Source: Selaginella moellendorffii
Lineage: Eukaryota > Plantae > Lycopodiophyta
Direction of reading: 5' to 3'
Length of the DNA: 64,000 nt
Assembly (NCBI RefSeq): GCF_000143415.4
Contig: NW_003314363.1
Coordinates: forward strand, 124,001-188,000
Shown here: piece by piece, positions 1 to 12,526 of the stretch
Layout of the letters: each line of letters starts with the position of its first letter
Numbering within the stretch: position 1 is the first letter of the stretch
Program-made: the position numbers and the translations under genes
Notes under the pieces: generated by a model
Told to the model about the DNA's origin: nothing
The model's database searches: none
The model's input: only the letters and a program-made list of their open reading frames with translations

Positions 1-121
1 TGTCAGCCAGTCAAGTGATGAAACTTATAGCCAAAAGAAGGGAGCAACAACAAGCAGCAAAGAAGTAAAGGTTTGTTTTGGGAGGGACAGATGTAGCAGC
101 AGAAAACGTGTTTCACGCTGT

Positions 122-1018
122 CTATCTTCGCATCAAAAGGACAACCGTGTGTGCAGCAATGCTCCGATTCTCACCGAGGCTGTCAACCTTTTCGTGCGTT
201 TTGGCCTTGATATTGATTACAGACGGGTGCACTCCGAGAAGACTGCAAAGGTTGGCTCGGATTTCTTCTTTGTGTGGGCTTAACTTTGGCCTTTGCAGGA
301 TCAAGGTGGCGTCGAGGTTTCCCAGCTCGTATCCGGCTTCATGCATGCGCTTCACCTGAAGATCTCTACGTTTAAATGGAGGCAAACAGAATGACGAGGG
401 GTTTACCGCTTCTTTCACGAAAACAGAGGAAGCTGCTCCACGCCATCTGGGATCTGTGTCCGGGAAGAGCTGTCCGATATCCGGCAACGAAAGTGCACCT
501 AGGATGGCGTCCACAACGCAGTGTAGCAACACATCACCTGTGCAGTTCAAAGTTTGAGACAACGAAAACAACAACACCCATGGGTTTAAAAGAACAGGAT
601 GACAACTCTACCATCGGAGTGAGCTTCGCATCCGCGATCGTGAGGAATGTCTATTCCACCAATCGTGAGGGGCAGTCCGGGTTCCAGCCGATGCAAGTCA
701 AAGCCGTGTCCAACTCGGAAGGGGAGCACAGGTGCACTTATGGAAGCCGTTCTTCCGGTTTCGACTTCCACGGTCGTCGTTGATGCGCAACAAATGGTTC
801 CACGAGCTGCTCTGGAAACTCTCCTGCTCAGCTCAACCCTGCTCGGACTACGAGCGAACGATTCAACGCCATCGTAAAACATGCGCTCGCTAGAATGAAT
901 TCACCACCAAGCTCTCGGAAATTCGGGCTTACCCACAAGGCGCTGGTCGAATTTCCTTGTGCTGGAACAGAGACGAAGCCGCCGCCAAGGACGTCCCTTG
1001 TTGCATCATGGTCGCCAT
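122..1018 (-). CDS. ispF: 2-C-methyl-D-erythritol 2,4-cyclodiphosphate synthase (MEP pathway) with plastid transit peptide, 4 exons
   Basis: Motifs RVGHGFDLHRL, HSDGDVLLH, DIGQLFPDTDP, KAKTHEKVDSLG. GT-AG introns at 356-406, 538-611 and about 890-932. ATG 1018 (MATMMQQG) is inferred. Confidence 0.95.
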
Positions 1019-1310
1019 TCTCCTGCTCTCTTACCTAGAGAGTCGCGATGCAGCTGCCATGGCTTATAAAAGAGGGATTTTTGGAGCATACGACGACGAC
1101 TGGTTGGAGCACGAGATTCGATCCACGGGGATATTCGATTCCTCGTTTGTTGTTCGACCATCCGCCGGCAACTCGAGGATTTCCGGTTCGTTGTTTTCGA
1201 TTTCTCATAGTTGATGTTGTTTTTATTTTTTTCTTCTCGCAGAACAAGATACCACTTCTATTCGATACCCGAGGATATTCCATATCCCGTTCGTGTGTTC
1301 ATGACTGGTC

Positions 1311-2758
1311 ATGGCTATGGCGCTTGCTAGCTGCGCTCCAGCAGTCTCAGGTTCGCTTTCGTCCGTTAAATGTCCTTTCCTTTTGTCATGTGTTGTGTTT
1401 CTTCTGCATAGGGAGATCCATCACTGCCAGCGGTAGCATTGCATCTCGGAAGAAAAGGTTCCATTGCATGGCTTCGACTGCAGAGGTTTCTAGCTGGGAA
1501 GAATTGTCGGAGAAAGTATCGAGACTGCCGGGATACAATGCAGTGGCAGCAGCTGCCAGGCTCCCAAACGTTCAACAGCGGGATTTTGGTGATACAAGCA
1601 TCGCACAGGTTGTTTTCTACAGGGACAACTCGTCCTGGTGCCCGTATTGCCAGAGAGTGTGGCTGCAGCTTGAAGAAAAGAGGATTCCTTACAAGGTTGA
1701 AAAGATAAACATGAACTGCTATGGACCGAAGCCTGCATGGTATCTCGAGAAGGTGCCTTCTGGACTGCTTCCAGCTCTAGAGCTCAAAGGCCAGCTTTTG
1801 ACAGAGTCTCTGGACATAATGCTGATACTGGAAGAGGCTTTTCCGGAACGCCATCCTCTTTTGCCACCCAAAGGTTCTCCCAAAGCGAACGCCGTGGACG
1901 GCTTGCTGAGACTGGAGCGACTTCTCGCTGGCGCGTGGCTGAGCAGGCTGAGAAGCTTTTGGACGAAACCGGGACAGTTCGAAGGTGCAATGGACGACGT
2001 TGATGGCGCTCTTGCGAAGTTCGGTGGTCCATTTTTCCTCGGTGACACGGTAAGCTCTTACACACCGAAGTAGAAGTTTGAAACTGATTATAACGCTGTT
2101 TCCTCCACAGTTTTCTTTGGTGGACGCTGTTTATGCTCCTTTCCTAGAGAGAATCGCTGCCAGCATGCCTTACTGGCAAGGAGTTATGATCCGAGGTGAG
2201 ACTCGGTGGCCTCATCTGCAGGCCTGGTTTGATGCCATGGACGCGAAGCCAAGTTATCAGGCCGTCAAGTCGGATGACTACACTATAACTCACACGTTGG
2301 AACCTCAAATAGGAGCTTGCAGAGCACTCCCGGCTGGCGAGGCATACAGAGCCAAAGTTGATGGGAAAGATGGAAGCTGGGATTTGCCACTAAAAGCAGA
2401 AGTGACAGCGTGGGGACGAGAGGAGGGAAATGGGAATAAAGCGGAGGCAGCACAGACTCTTGTTGACAACAACGCAGCAGTGGTCGGTTTCGCTCTCCGG
2501 GCCCTCAACAGCGATGAAAAGTATCGGGAATCTGTGGATTTGGGATTCCGATGTGTGGCGCAAGCTCTGGTTGACGGAGTTGAAAGTGCAGCTCCTCCTG
2601 CCGTTCCTCAGCATTTTTCCAGAGAGGTGGCGAAAGCCGCTGCATATCTGCGAGACAAAGTTGGTGTACCTCGTGATTTGAGCTATCCGGCGGCCAGACA
2701 GCTCCGAGCTCATTTGCACTGGCTGGTAAAGGCGCTGGGATCGGAGCTCTACCAGTAG
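1311..2758 (+). CDS. Cys-containing glutathione transferase, probably Iota class, plastid-targeted
   Basis: FYRDNSSWCPYCQRVWLQLEEKRIPY, VPSGLLPALEL and TESLDI motifs, plus a long C-terminal extension (GVPRDLSYPAARQLRAHL). Introns 1351-1410 and 2050-2110. Confidence 0.88.
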
Positions 2759-4048
2759 GGAGATTCCATACAAGAAGAGTTTTCCAGGTCTGATACGTTT
2801 CGACACTCCCCAAGGCTAAAGAGTTTTCTCTTTGCAGGAGCGCAGAACACGTTGGAAGCTGCCACAATTTTAAGCTCGAGAACCAAAATGTGTAAACTTT
2901 TGGAGACAGCTCCCTGATGTCGTCTGGCTCAAATCTCTCTCGCTGGATAGATTAAATCGTCTAAGCAACCGCAGCAGTCACTTCGCAGGATTGGCAGCAG
3001 CATGGGAGACTAGAAGAGCGGGAAAGCAAGAGACTTTTTGGAAGTTTGGTGTGAGGTGATTGCAAGGGGATGCGACAAGCAGGCTGGAATCTCATGTTCT
3101 CTGGACTGTATGAACTCGGAGCTTGCCAAAGGCTTCCAGGTATGAAATCGAGCCCGGTTGGTGCACAAAGCACTATGCAAGCGACTGTGACCAGCCAACC
3201 TCGAATTTAGACTTGCCTCTCCCTTGTAAGTTCGTAGCACAGGACGCTTTCGCTTTCATTTTTGTTTCCTCACTGTTTATTCTCGTCTTTGCCGGTAGCT
3301 TCGGTTTAAGTCAATGGCTCAACAGTGGTATGTTTTTGGAATTCATTTTGAGAATGTGATCCGTGCAGGCAGGAGTGCCGAACAGGAAAGTTGTCCAAGC
3401 TCAGGAAGAGCGTTGGCGGCCGAGAGGCACGTCTTTTGTACGTGTCTGGCTTCAGGATACGTGATGAGAAGATTCAGCGGATCATGCAGCGTCGACTGTC
3501 CCTGTCAAGAAGTAGCTCGTAAGTTACGTTGCCGGTTTTTCTTTCGATTGGCTTGATAATTTGTTAGCTAACAAACATGCCCCTTATCTGGTTCTTTTGA
3601 TCTCGGATCAATCGATCCAGTGATGGTGGCTGCGGTCAATTTTCTCTAGTTGTTAAGCTACCGATTTCGTGGCTTTACGGCTTTGTCTCGGCGATCTCCA
3701 TTCGTGCATTCATTTATTTGCAAGGGATGAAGAATGAGAATGATGGTGGTGATAACTTGCAAGCGATCTATCGCTGGGCTACCATTTATCATTGTCAAGG
3801 CGGTGAAAGAAAGCGAACGAGAGGGAAGCGACGCTTGTTTGGGCAAGAACATGGCACAAGTATGGATGATCTCTTATCGTGCTAATAAGAAACATAGGTG
3901 CGCTGATAAACTGGATTGTGCGATCTAAAAACTATATGACAAAGAAACAAAGATGAAAACTTTGGAAGCACTCCTCCCTCAAGTTGTTAAACAAGCTTCC
4001 TTGAAATGTTCCAAGAGCACAAACAAGTCGAGTTAAAGAATAGTAACT

Positions 4049-4120
4049 CCACGGCACAGGCTTCGAACCCACGACCGTCTTGTCCGCCAGCGAGTAAGGC
4101 GGGAAAGGTTTTACCGCCAC
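4049..4120 (-). other. tRNA-derived (SINE-like) remnant
   Basis: Minus strand has GGTCGTGGGTTCGAAGCC (T-arm/B-box) preceded by a CCGCC-9nt-GGCGG stem. No convincing acceptor stem or D-arm. Confidence 0.3.
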
Positions 4121-4774
4121 AAGTTTTTAACCCGGGGTTGAGGTGAAGGAAGCAGCAAGGCTAACTAACAAGGCAATATTTTTCCACCGCATTCAATCTG
4201 CCGTTCGTTTATTTAAAGAAAAGCCCGCTAACAAACCGAAAGTATTGTCTGGGAAGGAAAGAATACCTCCATAATGTAGTCGTCTACGTAGTTTTACCTT
4301 TTTCTACGTTTTAGCGCAAAGTGAAAAAGGAAGGAGGCGATTTATTTTGATCCTTCTCTCGTGTGTCTAGTCTGTGTTGAGTGTTGGCATCCCTGCGCTT
4401 GAGTCGGCGCTTTGCCTGCTCCCCCTGTGCCCTACCCTCCCTTTCCACAGCACGGGCAGCGCCTCGGATTCCTCACGGATGATCGCTTTCCAGCCGCTGG
4501 AGGAGGCGCAGCATCGCTAGCGCCAGGGCCAGCGCGGCGACAGCAGCAGCAGCAGTGAGCGCGCCAGCGGCAGCGATCTAATCGCGACGAGGCTATCGGC
4601 ATTGGATTGGAGCGCGCCCGCGCTTATGATCGTCCCTCTTCTCAGCCTGGGAGAATGTATGAGTAGCAAGGGGCGGGAGCTCGAGGGCTTTGCGAATTCG
4701 AGGTAGGGGCAAATTTCGTGATTTCGTGATGACGAGAATTACAGTGGCAATGTTGGTTGTTCGCAGGGTGTGCA

Positions 4775-7421
4775 ATGGATCGCCGGAGCTGGCCTTGGAA
4801 GAAAAAGTCCTCGGAATCCAAAACTCACGACCTTCCTTTGGAGTCGTCGACTGTTATCTCCTCACGGAGCCATCAGTACCACGATGAGCAGTACCAGCAG
4901 GTCCTCCTTTGTGTGTGATTTCTTCTCCGCGCATTTCTTATCGGTGGTTTGGTTTTCCCCTTCCAGGCGACGAGGAGCTTTCTCGAAAAGCCCGTAGATG
5001 ATCCCGCTGTTGCTCTCCAGCACTGCCAGGAGAAATCCAGGATCTTGAGTGAGAAATTGTCTCTCGCTCTCACGGAAATCACTTCAAAGGATAACTTGGT
5101 CAAGCAGCATGCAAAAGTGGCTGAAGAAGCAGTCTCAGGTAGCTCTCTATTCTTTCTTTTTTCCTTCTTTCCTTCCATCCAGAGTGTAGTCATGTCAAAA
5201 TTCTCTCGTGGTACCAGGTTGGGAAAAAGCTGAGACCGAGGCGGCCAACTTGAAGAAGCAGCTGGACGCCTCAACGCAGAAAAATGTGTCTTTGGAGAAC
5301 CGGCTGGCGCACTTAGATGGGGCACTCAAGGAATGCATGCGCGAGCTGAGAAGCGTCCGTGAGGAGCACGAACAAAAGCTACAGGAAACGCTGGTTAAGA
5401 AGGCCAAGGAGTGGGAAAAGGTGAGACAGGAAATGGAGGCCAAGCTTGCGGCTGCAAACGACAGGGCTATCGAATCGGAGGCACAGAAGCATGCGCTGAA
5501 CAGGTCTCTCCAAGAGCGCGCCAAGGCCATCTCCGAGCTAACCGAGGCAAAAGCTCGCGCGGAAGTACAAGCCAATGTAACGCAAGTCCAACGGGAAGAG
5601 GTCGAGAAAGCTTGCGCTGCACTCAAGTACGAAGTCCAGGTTCTAACGAAAGAGGTCGAGATACGCAACGACGAGAAGGATTACAACAAGAAGATGGCCG
5701 ACGTAGTGAGCAAGCAGCAACTGGAAAACGTCAAGAAAATTGCCAAGCTAGAAGCTGAGTGCCAGAGGCTTAGGGGACTAGTACGGAAAAAACTACCAGG
5801 TCCGGCTGCTGTGGCGCAGATGAGGCTGGAGGTTGACGGGAGCATTAACTCGAGATCAAAATCCATGGGAGCTAGAGTGCCATCTCCCGTAGCCGCAGCG
5901 GATTCTGGAGAGGAGGCTTGGCAGGCTGACAACAAAGAAAACGACGCGCTATCGGGGCGACTGCTGGCTATGGAGGAGGAAACTAAGATGCTGAAAGAGG
6001 CCCTGACAAAGAAGAACCAGGAGCTCCAGTCGGCGCGGCTCATGTGTGCGAAAACTGCGAGCAAGCTATCCCTCGTTGAAGAGCAGCTGGAAAGATCACA
6101 GGGACCAGCGGAAGCTGGTGGGACGAAAGCGAAGGCTAACAGCAACGGGAATACGTCTGCCGATAGCTGGGCATCTGCTTTAGTAGCTCAGCTGGAACAG
6201 TTCAAGAAAGGAAAGGACGGCTCATTGCACTCTGAAAAGCTTTTCGAGTCGTCAAACTTCGATCTCATGGACGATTTCACTGAGATGGAAAGGTTGGCAA
6301 CGACTTCGTTCGAGAGCACGACGGATTGCTCCGGCAACGTGGACGAGTCGGATGGGGACGCTGAATTCAACAACTGTATCGTGCTGCAAGATGACAACGC
6401 CAAGCTCAAGGCCGAGAAGGGAAGCATGGAGCAGGAGCTGAGCTCGGCCAACGAGCGGATCGAGCGGCTCAAGGCGCAGCTGTCCGAGTCCGAGCAGCTC
6501 GTGTCAACTTTACGTGTGCAGCTTGCGTCCATGGAAGAGTCCAAGCAACTGGCCGAGAATCAGCTGGCAGCGATGGCTAACGTGAAAGACGAGCTGGAAT
6601 CGAAAGTCCGGGCTTCGTGCGCAGAGATGGGACATTTACAGGAAAAGATTCTGGCTCTAGAGAACGAGCTCCAAGAGCAACGACAACGGCATGAGCAAGT
6701 AATGAGCAGCGTACAATCGCACGTCTCACAGTAAGTGTTCGTTTGCTTTCTCTGAAAATGACTCGCTAATAACTTTGTATCAGGGGAGGAGCTTCCGAAA
6801 ACTCTGATCCCGGGCGTTTGCAAGTAAGTGAGAGTGACGTCTTTCCTTCCTTCTTTCTCTGATCGAACGAAAGCTTACAAACTTTTTGGGACGCAGGAAC
6901 GAGAGATTGCGGCAGCCGCTGAAAAGCTGGCCGACTGCCAACGAACTATCATGGCCCTGGGAAAGCAGCTCCACTCGCTCTCGGTTCCGACGGGCTCGTC
7001 CTCCAAGGGATCCCTCGATTTTTCCGAGACGTCCATGTCACCAGCGGACGCAAGCCATCATCAGCGTCGGCCGGAGGAGTCTTTCGCTCTAAAGCCCGAA
7101 GCAATCCACTCGGAGAGCGATGACGAGGAGCTCCAATGGAAAGTCCAACGCTCGGCCAGTGACATGAGTCGGCTCAGGAGCGTTGCTCGAGAGAACATCC
7201 GGAGGCAGGAAATCTACTGGAGCTCTGCCTTGTCGCCGGAGGCTGCGGCATCGTCGCTCGATAGCAGCAACAGCAGCACCACCACCACCAACGGTGAGAA
7301 GCAGCAAAGCCAGAGGAAGCTGAGCCAGGATGGAGATTTCTTCGCGTGCTCGCCGGCGTCTGCTTACTCCAAGAACTCGGGATTCAGCAGGTTTTTCCAT
7401 CGCAGAGCGAGCCTTCACTGA
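4775..7421 (+). CDS. FPP: Filament-like plant protein (DUF869 coiled coil)
   Basis: N-terminus MDRRSWPWKKKSSE; KQHAKVAEEAVSGWEKAE; KKIAKLEAECQRLRGLVRKKLPGPAA; LMDDFTEMERLA; AAEKLADCQRTIMALGKQL. About 5 exons. Confidence 0.93.
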
Positions 7422-7567
7422 AGCTAGAGGCTGTACGATAGTGGAGTTTTGAAGCTGTGTAAAAAAGATGGTAATAACTTCCCTTCGTTTATCGGAAGAC
7501 CGTCTTCCTTGCGTAAAGAAAGATTTCTCTTTGCTGCTCCTTCAGTGTACAAAAGAATCGTGTTTGT

Positions 7568-8876
7568 CTACTGGAGCTTCGAACAGAAATCTGGGAGGTC
7601 TAGAACTTGGATGCGAGTGATAGCAGCTGCTGCCTCGCGTTCCGCCGGTGTGTTGTATCCCCAGTTACCTGAAACGAGAGGAAGTTCTTTTCTAGCCAAA
7701 GAAATCGAGAAGACATACCAAGGTACAAGTTCCATCTGTCAAGAGCGGGGTCCTTGATCACATTATGAAGTGTGGCCAACCTGTCTTCCACAAAACTGGG
7801 AAAGAAAGGTGATAATTTTCATGAGAACAAGGAGAGCATCACGATCTTACTGGAGAATCATTCCCTGGTGCTCTGGACGACTTTGGAGTTGCTTCAATAC
7901 CTCCACCTTCGGCCTGGAACAAAACCAAAGCTAGATTATAGATAATATAGAAAAGATTTCGAACTTCATACCCAGTGCCAAGACCAAATATTTTGTCTGT
8001 AGGAAAATCGACACCAGCTAGCTCTTTAAGCAATGTTGCAGCGAAACGAGCCTGGAAAAAAGCGTCTTGCATTTCTAAAGACTCTTTCTTGGCGCGAGTA
8101 CCTGCTTTGTAGTAACGATAAAAACTCGAGACGTCGCGAACTTCAAAGAATCAGCTATTCCAGGGTAGAACCTGCAACGCAGAATTTTGTTTAGTCACTG
8201 AAGTAGTAGTGCGTGACTCGATTCTTAAAATCATAATATCATACCTGTTTGCACTGATCCAAGTCCCGAGGTCTTTCGAGATCCATTCGTCTCTCACGTT
8301 GCCAAAAAGCTCAACCAGCTCGTCTCTACTGGCTTCACCCCATTCCTTCATCAGCACAGGCTTGAGCTTCTCCCAATTCTCCAAGACTCCTTCCACTGTC
8401 AATCCATTCACCACCTGTGGATAGATTTTCACTCTGGAGAAACAAAGTAGAGACAGCAACTAGAGTTCTTACCGAGGATTTTCCACGGTGAGGTTCCTTG
8501 AGCTCCAGCAACAATCGCACCAGCAAAACATTCTCATAGCCAGTTTCTACAACTGGTCTGACCTGGAAAACGAAAGAGAAGAGAAAAAAGGAAGAATGGC
8601 TGCCTGTTTGATTCGAAGGAAACGATCGCCTTACAGTCCGCATGCTGTCGAGAATCCATGCATCCGTCTCAGCGCTCACATTCGCGAAAAGCTCCGGCCA
8701 TCTCAATTTCGCGGCCTGCAAGAGAAACCACACTTGGAAGCGCAATCTCAAGAGGAGGAGCGTGTCGATCGATCAGGACTTGCGCCTACCTTGAGCGCCG
8801 AAATGGAGCTCTCTCCGCAGCTGTCGCAGAGAACGCCGTCAAAATCCAGAGCGTAGAGGTGAGCTCCTTCTGCCAT
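7568..8876 (-). CDS. HAD-superfamily hydrolase-like protein, paralog 1
   Basis: LYALDFDGVLCDSCGE (HAD motif I), VRPVVETGYE, FYPGI, IVTTK, FVEDRLATL, WGYNT. Multi-exon with GT-AG junctions. Confidence 0.88.
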
Positions 8877-8923
8877 AGCTGACAAAGTAAATAGAAAAAT
8901 AGGGTTCTTCGTCTAGCTAGGCA

Positions 8924-10188
8924 ATGGCGGAGCATCTCTACGCCTTGGATTTCGACGGTGTGCTATGCGACAGCTGCGGCGAGGCATCGATCGCTGGCCT
9001 GGAGGTTTGTAATCATCCGATCGATTGAATGTGTGCTTTTTCGTCGTTGATTCATGTGAAGTTCATCAGGCCGCGAAGCAGCGATGGCCAGAGCATTTCA
9101 AGCGCGTCGACGCACAGCGCGAGGCCGAGATTCTCGAGAGAATGCACACGGTAAGATGAATCGACGGGAGTCCATGCATTGAAATTTGGATCGCAGGTAA
9201 GACCAGTGGTGGAGACGGGTGACGATTTCTTGCTACTCGCTCGTGTGCTGGCCAAAGTCGAAAATGGAACCTCGGTAAGATTTTATTTTATTTTATTTTA
9301 TTTTTGTCTTTGTTCGTGCTGTTCTAGAGCAAAGTTCTTTCGTATTCCAATGTAGATTGCGTCTCACCTCGACGAGGAGAACATCCTCGAGTCTTGGACC
9401 GAGTCGATAAAGCGATCGTTTATGGAAGAGATTGGAGAAGCACGCCACAAGCAGGAGCTGGAAGATCTTCTGGGAAGCGTGAGGGACGCCTGGATCTCGC
9501 GTGATGTACACGGATGGCTCAAGGCTAACAGGTGCTTTCACGTTTTTTCTCCGGCTTGAGATTTCTAACACACGGACTCCAGGTTCTATCCAGGAATCTC
9601 GGATGCAATTAAGTTCTCCTCGTCCAAACTGTTTATCGTTACTACGAAGGAGGTATTCATCTATGCAGCTTGTCTTGAGTGATGAATCTCTCTTCCAGGC
9701 GAGGTTTGTGACAATGTCACTCAAGGAGCTGGCAGGAGTGGACTTCCCAGAGGAGAATATATATGGACTGGGATCCGGGTATTTTACTGCTTTCTTTCTC
9801 AGACGTGTGTTTATATATTTTCTTCCAGTCCTAAGGTGGAGGTATTGAAGAAACTCCAGAACCGGGCAGAGCACCAAGGAATGACACTTCAGTACGTGTG
9901 ATTTTGTTTCGATTTTACGTGCACTCAACCTTTTTGTTTCGTTGCTCCAGTTTTGTGGAGGACAGGCTTTCAACCTTGTTGAATGTGATCGATGATCGAG
10001 TGTTGAATAATTGGAACTTGCACCTTGGTGAGCATGAGAATCACATGTCAATTCCGAGAATAAAGTTTTGCGTCTATCTGTTTGCAGCTAGCTGGGGTTA
10101 CAACACTCCCACAGAACGGGAGGAAGCTTCAAAAAAACCGCGCATCGAAGTACTGGAATTGGCGGACTTTTGCTCCAAACTGAAATGA
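8924..10188 (+). CDS. HAD-superfamily hydrolase-like protein, paralog 2
   Basis: MAEHLYALDFDGVLCDSCGE ... FVEDRLSTL ... ASWGYNTPTERE. Equivalent intron positions to paralog 1; reading frame stays open when spliced. Confidence 0.88.
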
Positions 10189-10547
10189 CTCGGACCGATC
10201 TCTGTCGTCTACACTGTTTGGGGAATCGGGCTTGGTGGAGACGACAAAGCTTGCAGCGACTCCAAACTTCGGCTTCTAGCAAACGCAAAGGATCTAGATT
10301 ACGGGGCACGGAACAGGTTATTTCCAAAGATACGCAAAACCAGCAGCCTTCATCAAGCAGCTTATCAGGGAGGATTTTTCGCGTCTTTCCAAGGTTGGGA
10401 GCCGTCTCAAGAATGTGGTGGGTCAGCAGTGACTAATCTTCTTTCGTTTTGCAGAAGCAAAAATGCATCTTTGCTGGCTATGGCCGTGTGTGTGAAGAAG
10501 TCAGGGGGGAAGGATTCCACAGCAGGAGCGTTCACCTGGTAACGTCC

Positions 10548-11679
10548 ATGAAGCAGCAATACCTAATCGCGATGCCAGCAACTGTCGCTTCGCTCCAATT
10601 GGCTGCTCTCCATCGACTACGGCCCCGATTCTTCACGGGAATCTCTGTCAAAGAGGCATTTTTTGGTGGCCGGAGAGCACGAAGAGATGCGGCTCTAGCG
10701 GTTCGTGCGACGAAGAAGAGCAGCAGCGGGGACAACAATGGTTTCAATGGCAACGGGAAGAAAGTCCCTCGTTTCGGCACGCCATTTCCAGATGGAAACT
10801 CGGAGATTGACAGCCCCGTGCCATGGGACCAACTTCCTATCAACGAGTTCAACAGCTTACAGGAATCCCAGTACTTCTCCTGGGCCGTGGAGAGCGTCTG
10901 GCTTTACTCGATGAAGATTGGTGGGATTGCTGCGTGCTGCACCGTGTTCTTGGGATGGCCGGTCGCGTCACTCAGCGTGAGTCCAGAGTCCGACTTGCTC
11001 AAGTGCACACTCGGGGCTTTGAGTGGGGGTCTCATGGGCGCAACGTTAGCAGCGTTACGACTCTACCTTGGCTGGGCACACATTGGAGACCGTCTGTTCA
11101 GTGTTACAGTCGAGTGTAAGTACTGCCTAGCGACTCTTGTCTTTGTTTCTCTAAAACACAATCGTTATTTTCTGCAGACGAGGAGACTGGGTGGTACGAC
11201 GGCCAGGTACGTAAAATGAGATTTTCGGCGCAGACCTAGAGAGACTGAGACAGCTCGTTATTTTCTAGACTTGGATCAAACCCCCGGAAGTTTTAGCTCG
11301 CGATCGGCTGGTTGGCGCTTACACGGTACGAAAAACAGGGAAAAAAAAACAGTTTTTTTAAGCTCGGCTCAAATGGACACCTTCGTTTTCGTTCCAGGTG
11401 AAGCCAGCTCTCAGCAGGGTGAGAGTGACGCTCATTGGATTGGCAGTCTCGCTCTCCATCTGCGCCGCATTACTCTTCTCCATCCCGGAGACCAGATCCA
11501 GCTTGCTGCTACAGAAGATCCAGACGCAGCCCCCTCCTCCGCGCTCCTCCATCAAAGGCTACAGTGAAAAGTCCGCGAGAACGTACGAGCCAAGCGCGTT
11601 CGTGGGTCCGGACGAGGAATTTACGAGACCTCCCGGAGTTGAAGATAATGGTGAAGTTCTTCCGGATTTATGTACTTGA
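10548..11679 (+). CDS. CGLD27: CGLD27/Ycf36 (DUF1230) chloroplast membrane protein
   Basis: PINEFNSLQESQYFSWA, LRLYLGWAHIGDRL, spliced YEETGWYDGQ, WIKPPEVLARDRLVG, VKP. Confidence 0.88.
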
Positions 11680-11906
11680 CTCTTGAGAGAGCGATGAAAA
11701 CAAATTTAGGCATACCGGAGATTCTCACCTTAAAATGGGCACGTGCAAAATCCCAGTGTGTTAGTTTGGGATGGATAGCTATGGAAGCAGTGGTGGTGTT
11801 GTGTAGAATGAATTTGGGGCGCAAGCACACTTGAGAGATTGATACTTGATAGATTGATAGCTCGCAAGAACATTTGGTAGACTGCTAGCCAGAGATTTCA
11901 ATCCAA

Positions 11907-12493
11907 ATGGAGATAGACTTTTGCTCGAGGTGGGATGGCCCGATGCAAATTGGGACGCGAGCGAGGGAGGAGGATCTAGTCGGCGATGGTGGCGAATTGG
12001 ATCTCTGGACGTTGAGCAACAACAAGCGGCAAAAGACCACCCATGGCGAGGAAGAAGATCACGAGCAAGGGAGGCGCACGGTGCTGCACGACATTCCGGG
12101 CTCTATCTTGGCGGCGATAATCGCTCTGGTACCCGACACACGCAGCCGCAACGCAGCGTCACTCGTGTGCAAGGAGTGGCACGCAATGGAGCGCGCAACG
12201 CGACGCCGGCTGTGCCTCCGCGGCAGCTCCGCCCAGCTCCACATGCTGCCTACCACCTTCCATGCCGTGCGGCACCTCGACGTCTCCAACGTCTCGCCCT
12301 GGGGCACCACGCTGTACGCCGCCCACTCGGCGGTGTGCGGCCAGCTTACCGCGCGGTGGCTCAACCGGGCCTTCCCCAGCGTCGTGGATCTCACCGTCTA
12401 CGCCCGCGATGGTACGGACATCCAGCTCGTGGCCGCCTCCTGGCCCGACCTCGAGACCGTACGCCTGGTTCGATGGCACCAGCGCCCCACCGG

Positions 12494-12526
<33 letters not shown>

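Noticed and set aside
2800-3930. Possible small spliced gene between GST and FPP (also 57540-58560 after RUS1)
   Set aside because: Some splice-like signals, but no consistent reading frame or recognisable protein.
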